Shown here in pieces: positions 1 through 7,147 of a DNA stretch of 60,419 nt. The position numbers and the translations under genes are program-made. The notes beneath the pieces are model-generated. The model was not told where the DNA came from, did not search any database, and saw only the letters and a program-made list of their open reading frames with translations. Position 1 is the stretch's first letter. Each line of letters opens with the position of its first letter. This DNA is from Candidatus Omnitrophota bacterium (GTDB lineage: Bacteria > Omnitrophota > Gorgyraeia > Zapsychrales > JANLHA01), in NCBI GenBank assembly GCA_020632555.1, contig JACKFI010000010.1, forward strand, positions 1-60,419. The letters are read 5' to 3'.

Positions 1-900
1 TTCGATATTGACTTGAGTGACATGCGCGTTTTGGGCGATGCAGTTAAAGAAGCTATAGCTTTTACCAAAAGCGTGTTGGGCAATATAGGGCGCGACCAGC
101 AAGACCATAATCAGTAAAATCACAGCTGGAATACAATAGATAAGAATATTTTGGACGCAGGTTTTGATATTGGGAAAGGTCAAGCGATAAGGTAAAAAGA
201 AGCGAATGTGCCAAACAATCGGTAAAACAAAACAAAACGTTGCCATTTCATCGAGGAATAAAGACGCGGTCAATAAAGGAATAATGCCCCAGATCATACT
301 TCGATTAAAAAGCGGATTGATTTGATTCGCTGGGGCCGGTGGTTGGTTTTTTGCTAGCAGATAAAGAATTGCAATGATCACGACATTAAGCAGAGGTTTG
401 CCCGGGTGCATGAACATAGTTCCGGAGAATAAGTATCCGCAGGTGGAAATATAAACGGCAACGCCAGCGCAAGCGGCGGTTGAGTTTTTAAGAATGATTT
501 TTAGATATTTATAAAAAAGCCATGGCGCTAAGAGCAAAGTAAAAAGCCAAAGAAATGATAGCGTCGGATGCGGACGGAAAAAGTTCCAGAGCAGTAATCG
601 GGTTTTGACGGCGAGAATGTAAGATGTGTAAGATAGAAAGCGCGGACGATTCCAGCCATTATCCAAACCCCAGACATTAAAAATATTAACAAAGTCATGA
701 GTTGAGAATGCAGTTCCATGATCAAGTACCGCTGGGGTAAAACTGATAACGGATTCAGCCTCTTGATAACAATTGGCATAATTGTTGAGAATCACAATAA
801 CGGTGATGATGGCGCACAGCAGAATACCAGCGATATAGAGATCGATGGGATGTTTGTTTTTTTTATGAATCAGATTGGTTAGCGTGGCGCGTATTGTCAT
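1..900 (-). CDS. polytopic integral membrane protein, C-terminus beyond window edge (function unknown)
   Basis: My own minus-strand translation from the ATG at 900-898 (MTIRATLTNLIHKKNKHPIDLYIAGILLCAIITVIVIL...WNRPRFLSYTSYILAV...) stays open to base 1 and has many hydrophobic helices. It is absent from the ORF track because there is no stop in the window. The listed 528..779 ORF is an off-frame artefact inside it. Confidence 0.55.
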   Translation of the reverse strand, partial: MTIRATLTNLIHKKNKHPIDLYIAGILLCAIITVIVILNNYANCYQEAESVISFTPAVLDHGTAFSTHDFVNIFNVWGLDNGWNRPRFLSYTSYILAVKTRLLLWNFFRPHPTLSFLWLFTLLLAPWLFYKYLKIILKNSTAACAGVAVYISTCGYLFSGTMFMHPGKPLLNVVIIAILYLLAKNQPPAPANQINPLFNRSMIWGIIPLLTASLFLDEMATFCFVLPIVWHIRFFLPYRLTFPNIKTCVQNILIYCIPAVILLIMVLLVAPYIAQHAFGKSYSFFNCIAQNAHVTQVNIE

Positions 901-930
901 CGTGAGTTTATGGTGCGCGGACATGCCCGC

Positions 931-1482
931 CTATCTTTTTTGCAATATCAATTGGTTCTTGTCTGAGTCGATTTGAAAAACAAAGTGTTTTAGAAACGAC
1001 ATGCCTAATAAGCCGTCGTAACTGCCACCTGTTTCTCGTTCGAGGACAACAGCAGGGATATTGGTCGCGCTGGCTCTTCCGATGCGCAGTTCTTTGAGGA
1101 TAATCACTCGGGCGGCCACGACATTGCCATTAGCGAGTTTGGCTTGGATGCGTTTGGCGGAATTTAAATCATAGCCAAGTTTGATGGCGACGCGTTTAGA
1201 GACTGTGACATTGCTGGCGCCGGTATCGACAATCAGATGAGCATGCATCTTTCGGTTGATGTGTGTATCAGCTAAATAACTGTTACCGACGCGTTTGAGT
1301 TTTACGACTTGTTTGCCTTGGGCAATACGGACAACGCCGCGGACAGCAATTCCTGTTAATTTTGCGGCTTCCCAGGTGACATCGGTGGCAAAATCAATAA
1401 CAGTGCAACCGGTGATTGTGACAAGCGTAAACAGAAGAATAAAAAATGACGAAGAGAAATTGTGTTTAGCCATAAAGACCAT
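931..1482 (-). CDS. retropepsin-like (clan AA) aspartic protease, probable lipoprotein
   Basis: Has the catalytic motif LIVDTGASNVTVS and a distal GLLGMSFL element typical of bacterial retropepsin-like proteases. The N-terminal signal has a lipobox-like LVTITGC. Confidence 0.7.
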   Translation of the reverse strand: MVFMAKHNFSSSFFILLFTLVTITGCTVIDFATDVTWEAAKLTGIAVRGVVRIAQGKQVVKLKRVGNSYLADTHINRKMHAHLIVDTGASNVTVSKRVAIKLGYDLNSAKRIQAKLANGNVVAARVIILKELRIGRASATNIPAVVLERETGGSYDGLLGMSFLKHFVFQIDSDKNQLILQKR

Positions 1483-1494
1483 TTTTTGTTAATC

Positions 1495-1544
1495 CCAAAT
1501 TTTGCTTGGCCTTGCAGAGGCGAGGCTAATGCAAAATCCGGGTT
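1495..1544. repeat. 50-bp nested palindromic element, copy 1 (ATTTTGC..GCCTTGC-agag-GCGAGGC..GCAAAAT)
   Basis: Identical at 49 of 50 positions to 16257..16306, in the same orientation. It lies 13 nt upstream of the protease gene start. Confidence 0.85.
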
Positions 1545-1619
1545 AATAATATGGCATTATACGTTAAACTTTTGTTTTTATTAAACTTTTTGCGATTTTA
1601 TACTGTGATGGCATGCGTT

Positions 1620-1643
1620 CTGGGGACACGATTGTGTCCCCAG
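1620..1643 (-). terminator. strong stem-loop downstream of the giant gene (possible terminator or mRNA stabiliser)
   Basis: CTGGGGACAC-gatt-GTGTCCCCAG is a perfect 10-bp stem, 27 nt after the stop at 1670. No clear U-tract follows, so an intrinsic-terminator call is tentative. Confidence 0.4.
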
Positions 1644-1669
1644 ATTCGTATGGTATATCCGATTGTCAA

Positions 1670-4600
1670 TTAGTGCGGGGAAACCCTGATTTGCGTATGA
1701 GTTTTTTGTTTATTCCCTGAACGGTCGGTGGCGGTATAACGGAATATGTACACACGTTTGGGGTTTTGCGCTTTGAGCAAGATTTGACCGTTGTTATCAA
1801 TAATGATGTTTTTGGTTTTTATAGGATGTTTGGGATCAAAGATGGTAGTTTCTTTATTATCAATCATTACTATTGATTCTAATTCAACCTTAGGATTAGC
1901 ATCACAAACATCGGTAACGGTAATACTTGGGGTGACTTTGACCATTTTATTGTTTGGCGGCCAAAGGGAATGTGGTGTTATTTCAACTTTCAAGCCAGGA
2001 GCTATGGTGTCAATAATCTTGACCTTGATTTTGTCTGAATCTTCTGCTCCATAAGGATCTTTGACTGTTAATGTGAATTGATGTTTGCCCAGCGGCAAAA
2101 TCAGTCTTTGTGTTGGTGTCGAAATGGTGCCATTGGGTCCAAACCAGCGAAAACTAAGAGGATCTTGGTCAGGATCAGCTGATTTTGAACCGTCAAGTAT
2201 TACACGACTGCCACGAGGGTTATGACATTGTACTTTTTGATTCATCCCGGCATTGGCGATTGGCGCATGATTCAAATGCGCTGTTTTGCCCGGTAGAATA
2301 GTGGTCAGTGTTCCTTTGAAAATAATACTTATGGGATTTGTTCCGGTATTGATATAAGTCAGGGTATCGGGATAAAAAATAATTTTATCCTTGGTTTGCA
2401 GAACCGCGGTTGCTGTTGTATTGATTTTTGAAATAAACGTAACTTCAATAGGCCCGGATATCACCTGGGTTGATACGCTTCCACACGTGACGTTGAGGAT
2501 ATCACCCGCTGTTAAAGTATAGGTGGCAGATCCAGAACAGACACTCACATAAGCCGGGTTCGATCCACCGCTGGCAGCCGCGCTGATTGTTACCCCTTGA
2601 TTGGGATCTGGATCATCTGTGATTGAGAGATATTGATCACCGCGGTTGAGGATTGTTCCGGTTGTCGGCACAACAGATCGATGATCATTGAAGTCAGCAG
2701 AATATATGGCTGGGTTGACATCCACTTCGTCTGATAACCCATCATTATCATAATCCGTGCGATTTAAGTTTTCAGTAATCGTCTGAATAAGAGTTTGATT
2801 CGGCGCATGATGGGTGGCAGTATCGTATTTTTGCAGTTTCCTTTCTAAGTTGGATGGATTGTCATTTTCAAAATCAGGCAAATCTTCATCATAATAGCTT
2901 TGGTTAAACAGGCCCCAATTCCCGGAGGCATAAGTTTTGTATGACCATAGTGACCAGTTATATTTTTGTGCGTTAAATTGCGTTAAATAGTAAGCCCAAA
3001 CATCTTTGATATCAAATCCATTAAACTCCCCGATAAGCACTGGGACATTGTCAATCTGTTGACGGGAATCGCTAACTTTTTTGTTGATGAAAGCAATATG
3101 AGATGCTGTGACGTCAGATAATGTGATTCCTTGATATCGCCCCGGGTCATAACCATAGCATGTTTCGCCGGCGATGGGGGTCTCTCCTGCTTTGGGTTGC
3201 CAGCAATAGTAGTGAAATTGATACATCACATTATCCCACCCTTTGGTCTGTGGATTGGGAAGACTGTCCCAATTCCAAGCGCCTTCCATCACAATGACAT
3301 GATGATTATCGCCGACGGTATTTCGGATGGTGCTATAAAGATCGGTGTAAATGCCGTGCAAAAGAGAAAAGTCGCCCACATTGGAGTAAGCTTCAAATCC
3401 GGTGGGTTCATTGAGCAGATCATAGCCGACGACGGTGGTATTGTTGAAATAGTGTTGGGCAATCTTTTCCCATAATTCTTGTGTTCGTTGACGGTATGTT
3501 GGGTTTGCGGGGTTAAAGAGTTGATGTTTGAATCCCGGCGCTGGTTGTTGGTAAGACGAACGGCCCGTGTGAAATTCAGGGCCTTGTGCTCCCGGCGCTC
3601 CATGCAAATCCAAAAGGACATAAATGCCTCGATCTGCACAAGCTTCGACGATACGATCAATTGTTGCAAAATTGAAATTATTTCCGCAGGTCCATAAACC
3701 GTTATCGCTAAGGTCACATATATCGCGGTAATAAATCGGTAAGCGAATAAAATTAAATCCCATGCGCATGATATTGTCTAAGTCATTATTTTTGATGTAG
3801 GCTTGTTGATAAACATCAAGTGTGTGTTGGGCATTGTTGTCGAGATATTTTCTGATTGTCCAATCGTCGTAATATTTTCCTTTGAACGCTTCGGGATCAT
3901 TTCGCCCTTTTGTAAATTCATCTGTCTCCCCCATCATCCAAGGTTCCAAGAGAAGATAATTCCCAAGATTAACACCTTTGAGTTGGACAATATCGCCAAC
4001 GCCTTGCTGTTCTCTTAAATTGGTGCCGGCGGCTTGAACAAATCCGTTGGGGTCATAAAGCAGTGCAGGACTTAAAGCACTCGTATCCTTCGGTCCTACA
4101 GCAGAAACACGGTACCATTTTCCTAAATCTGAGGGTGATAAGGAAATTGTTTTTTGTGGCCCTGTATATATTGGGGTCCATGTTCCGTTACGATGATCAG
4201 CATGTTCAACTTTATATTGCGTGGCCAAAGAATGAGCGGACCACTCCAGTGACCCTTGCATTAAGCGGGAATGTTTGATTAAAATCGGCGGTGTTTGATA
4301 GGCAACAACATCGCTCCATTGAGAAATATAGGCGGCTGGTCCTTGTGGATTTACGGCGGTTTGCCAGCGAACTCGCAGCCATGACGGCATAAAATGATTG
4401 AGCGTCCATGTGGTTTCCGGGCCGTGATAAACGGTTGTCCATGGGCCGTGAGGTCCGGTTGAGCTTTCTTGTAATTCATATTGCCCGGCATCGGTTTGTT
4501 TTGTCCAAGAAACAGTTCCCGACGGTAAGACGTCTTTATCGATGGAACTTGTGGCGCGGGTAGCTCGGATATCATCGATATAATAATTTCCCGGCCAATA

Positions 4601-7051
4601 AAAAAGAAGTTGGATTTTGTTTAAATCATTAAGATGCAGGGTTGGATATTTTTTTAATAAATCTTGAAATAAAATTGTATATTCTGTCCATTGACCGTAT
4701 TCGGCTGTTTTTTTCATCCAGATTTCGGCCTTGGTGTTATCGGTGGCGTGTTGATCGTGGTCATAAAGTTGAATCGCGAGATTATTGTCCATTTTATTGA
4801 TGGATTGGGAGTTAATCTGCAAGGAAAGCCGGTCATTGAGCTGTGGGTTTAAATCGACATGCCAATAGTCTTGAGAAGCGCAGGACGAACTGAATTGACA
4901 GCGGCGTTCTTGTGACATTAACAGGGCGGAAAACCAGACGGATTCTGCATTGATGCTCAGTTTGTAGGAATGCTGTCCTTCATAAACCGGTTCTCCTGCT
5001 TGCGAATAGTGAGCGTCTCCACCTGACCAGAGTAAACCCGGATAGCTGGATGGTGGATTATCAATGGGTGTTAATTCAAAACTTTGATATTGACGGTCGT
5101 TAGATGTGATTTCAATATCATCAAAGTCATAAAGAGCAGAGTGATAATTGACAAACTCAATTTGTGTCACGTGACTCAAATTGAAGTTCGATGGGAGTTG
5201 GGAAAATAACACGGACAGTTGAGTCCATTGCTGAGGTTGTGCTTTTTGTGTTGTCCAAACTTCAAAACCAGAAGCATAAGAGCGGTCATCAAAGAATTTG
5301 ACGGCGACATTGTTGGGTCCTACTGATGGGTGAGGATAAATCCAAAACGTTATCCGGTCATTTCGCAAAGCATCAAAGTCGGCATATCCCAGCGCATTGC
5401 TGGGCTTAATTCTGACACCGCCCCAATTGCCGCCATTGGGGGTTTGCCGGCAGGCGCGAGAGCCTTGGTGAACTAATTCTTGCGAAACATCGGCTGAGGA
5501 ACCATTGATTCCTTCGCAATAATTTCCGATAGTTCCATTCTTTTCTTCAAAATTCTGAAAGATAAAACCATGTGGGTTGACCAAGCCTTTGATGTCTTGT
5601 TGGGTCAAAGCGATATTATAAATTCTCACGTCATCTAGTAAGCCTTTAAAGTCAAGGAATGGAGCGCCGGTTGCTTTTCCCAGCAGTAAGTCTCCGCTTG
5701 TCAGAGGCGTATAACCGGTTAAATTGTTGTTTTGTGCCGCTAACTGTCCGTCTAAATATAATTTTGCGCCGATGGTTTGATCAAAGGTTATTGCCAAATG
5801 ATGCCATTCATTCAAGTTTTGGTCGGCGATGCTAATAACTTTTTTGTCGCGATTGTAATCACAAAGGCCGCCGATGATATTAACGCCGGTTCCTTTGCCG
5901 CCCCATTGAAAGCCGCCGATGTTTATGCCCATTTGAACACCATCACCATATTGGCAGACATAATTGTTGGGAAAATTATCTCGCCAGCCTAAGAGCAAAC
6001 TTTGTACGGGATGAGCGGCTTTATACCAAGCTGCCAAAGTGAATTTTCCACCTGCACCAACGTCTAAAGATTTTGTGCTGCCTGCGGCATTTCTTGGGAT
6101 GAAAATATAATCGTCTATTCCGTCAAATTCCATTGCGCCACCCATTTTGCCTTGCGCTGTAAAGATCGGCCCGTTGGGTTGGATAGACCCATTGTTTTGA
6201 TTGCCGCTATTATCAAAAATAATTCCGTTTTCCGGCGCATTGTCAAACGAGTAATAGGCAACCAATGGGGATGACGAAGTTGTTGGGCCGGTTAATGCCA
6301 AGATTTCTTGTTCAGATAAAGCACGATTATAAATTCGGATTTCATCCAAAAGACCTTTAAAGTCTAAGAATGGAGTGCTTCTTGATTTTCCGATTAGCAA
6401 ATCGCCGGATGTCAATGGGCTATATCCGTTGAGATTGGGTTTTTCAGCGACCAAATGGCCATCTAAATATAATTTTGCCCCGGCATTGTGGTCATAGGTT
6501 AATGCTAAGTGATGCCATTCGTTGAAGTTTTGGTCGGGGACGCTGATAACTTTTTTGTCGCGATTGTAATCACAAAGGCCGCCGATGATGTTAACGCCGG
6601 TTCCCTTGCCCGACCACTGAAACCCATTGATATTAACGCCCATTTGTACGCCATCGCCGTATTGACATGCCGACGCATTGGGAAAGTTGTCTCTCCAGCC
6701 GAGGATTAAACTTTGGATGGGATGTGTGACTTTGTACCAAGCGGCCAGTGTGAAAGCTCCTCCCTTGGCAACATCCAGAGATGCCGCACCATTGGCATTG
6801 GTTCGTGGAACGAAAATATAATCATCAGCCCCGTCAAATTCTAAGGCGCCCCCTTGTTTGCCATCGGTTTTAAAAACAGGACCGTTGATTTGAATGGCTC
6901 CATTATTGGCATTGCCGCTGGCATCAAGAATAATGCCGTTTTGCGGCGCATTGTCAAAGGGGAAATACAGAACCAGTCCATCATCTGCGTAAAGTGTTGA
7001 ACATGAAAGAATGAGTAATGCTCCTAAAATGAACGAAATCGATTTCTTCAT
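1670..7051 (-). CDS. giant secreted multidomain glycoside hydrolase: 2x LamG, 2x CBM-like beta-sandwich, 2x FN3-like, GH5 catalytic domain, PKD-like and Ig-like C-terminus
   Basis: Signal peptide MKKSISFILGALLILSC. Two 237-aa LamG_3-type repeats end in GLLDEIRIYNRALSEQEI and GLLDDVRIYNIALTQQDI. GH5 hallmarks are present: NLGNYLLLEPWM, GFNFIRLPIYY, LLDLHGAPG, YDLLNEP (acid/base) and LIGEFNG (nucleophile). Also has a Ca-binding-like DYDNDGLSDEVD, a PKD-like ILDGSKSADPDQDPLSFRW and a C-terminal Ig/HYR-like segment. Confidence 0.85.
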   Translation of the reverse strand: MKKSISFILGALLILSCSTLYADDGLVLYFPFDNAPQNGIILDASGNANNGAIQINGPVFKTDGKQGGALEFDGADDYIFVPRTNANGAASLDVAKGGAFTLAAWYKVTHPIQSLILGWRDNFPNASACQYGDGVQMGVNINGFQWSGKGTGVNIIGGLCDYNRDKKVISVPDQNFNEWHHLALTYDHNAGAKLYLDGHLVAEKPNLNGYSPLTSGDLLIGKSRSTPFLDFKGLLDEIRIYNRALSEQEILALTGPTTSSSPLVAYYSFDNAPENGIIFDNSGNQNNGSIQPNGPIFTAQGKMGGAMEFDGIDDYIFIPRNAAGSTKSLDVGAGGKFTLAAWYKAAHPVQSLLLGWRDNFPNNYVCQYGDGVQMGINIGGFQWGGKGTGVNIIGGLCDYNRDKKVISIADQNLNEWHHLAITFDQTIGAKLYLDGQLAAQNNNLTGYTPLTSGDLLLGKATGAPFLDFKGLLDDVRIYNIALTQQDIKGLVNPHGFIFQNFEEKNGTIGNYCEGINGSSADVSQELVHQGSRACRQTPNGGNWGGVRIKPSNALGYADFDALRNDRITFWIYPHPSVGPNNVAVKFFDDRSYASGFEVWTTQKAQPQQWTQLSVLFSQLPSNFNLSHVTQIEFVNYHSALYDFDDIEITSNDRQYQSFELTPIDNPPSSYPGLLWSGGDAHYSQAGEPVYEGQHSYKLSINAESVWFSALLMSQERRCQFSSSCASQDYWHVDLNPQLNDRLSLQINSQSINKMDNNLAIQLYDHDQHATDNTKAEIWMKKTAEYGQWTEYTILFQDLLKKYPTLHLNDLNKIQLLFYWPGNYYIDDIRATRATSSIDKDVLPSGTVSWTKQTDAGQYELQESSTGPHGPWTTVYHGPETTWTLNHFMPSWLRVRWQTAVNPQGPAAYISQWSDVVAYQTPPILIKHSRLMQGSLEWSAHSLATQYKVEHADHRNGTWTPIYTGPQKTISLSPSDLGKWYRVSAVGPKDTSALSPALLYDPNGFVQAAGTNLREQQGVGDIVQLKGVNLGNYLLLEPWMMGETDEFTKGRNDPEAFKGKYYDDWTIRKYLDNNAQHTLDVYQQAYIKNNDLDNIMRMGFNFIRLPIYYRDICDLSDNGLWTCGNNFNFATIDRIVEACADRGIYVLLDLHGAPGAQGPEFHTGRSSYQQPAPGFKHQLFNPANPTYRQRTQELWEKIAQHYFNNTTVVGYDLLNEPTGFEAYSNVGDFSLLHGIYTDLYSTIRNTVGDNHHVIVMEGAWNWDSLPNPQTKGWDNVMYQFHYYCWQPKAGETPIAGETCYGYDPGRYQGITLSDVTASHIAFINKKVSDSRQQIDNVPVLIGEFNGFDIKDVWAYYLTQFNAQKYNWSLWSYKTYASGNWGLFNQSYYDEDLPDFENDNPSNLERKLQKYDTATHHAPNQTLIQTITENLNRTDYDNDGLSDEVDVNPAIYSADFNDHRSVVPTTGTILNRGDQYLSITDDPDPNQGVTISAAASGGSNPAYVSVCSGSATYTLTAGDILNVTCGSVSTQVISGPIEVTFISKINTTATAVLQTKDKIIFYPDTLTYINTGTNPISIIFKGTLTTILPGKTAHLNHAPIANAGMNQKVQCHNPRGSRVILDGSKSADPDQDPLSFRWFGPNGTISTPTQRLILPLGKHQFTLTVKDPYGAEDSDKIKVKIIDTIAPGLKVEITPHSLWPPNNKMVKVTPSITVTDVCDANPKVELESIVMIDNKETTIFDPKHPIKTKNIIIDNNGQILLKAQNPKRVYIFRYTATDRSGNKQKTHTQIRVSPH
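5561..6982 (-). repeat. in-frame 711-bp tandem duplication encoding the two LamG domains
   Basis: Protein repeats at aa 24-260 and 261-497 look roughly 70 percent identical by eye. At the DNA level a 42-nt block (aacttttttgtcgcgattgtaatcacaaaggccgccgatgat) is identical at 5837..5878 and 6548..6589, an offset of exactly 711 bp. Confidence 0.9.
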
Positions 7052-7103
7052 GCGTCTTTTCTCCGATTGTTTTGCTGCAAGTTAAGGTTAGGGGTACGTA
7101 ACA

Positions 7104-7131
7104 TAAGACAAACACGGGCGCAAAATCTTAC
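7104..7131 (-). promoter_or_regulatory. candidate ECF-type promoter of the giant GH5 gene (GTAAGA-N16-GTCTTA)
   Basis: The minus strand reads TTGTAAGATTT-tgcgcccgtg-TTTGTCTTATGT in the 96-bp CHAT/GH5 intergenic region, about 53 nt upstream of the ATG. The same motif with the same spacing occurs at 11238..11265. Confidence 0.5.
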
Positions 7132-7147
7132 AAAATATTTTTGTTGA

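Noticed and set aside
528-779. 83-aa minus-strand ORF from the track
   Set aside because: It is out of frame inside a longer open frame (1..900) that has a convincing membrane-protein translation. Its own translation has no features.
3131-4575. Several 70-140-aa ORFs on both strands inside the giant gene (for example 3131..3475 +, 3289..3717 -, 4351..4575 -)
   Set aside because: They are embedded in or antisense to a 5.4-kb ORF with clear GH5 motifs. They are low-complexity, have no recognisable motifs, and look like typical shadow ORFs.
5777-6709. Two similar plus-strand ORFs (5777..5992 and 6509..6709) that look like a conserved small-protein pair
   Set aside because: Their similarity is a by-product of the 711-bp LamG tandem duplication on the opposite strand. 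It is not evidence for coding.
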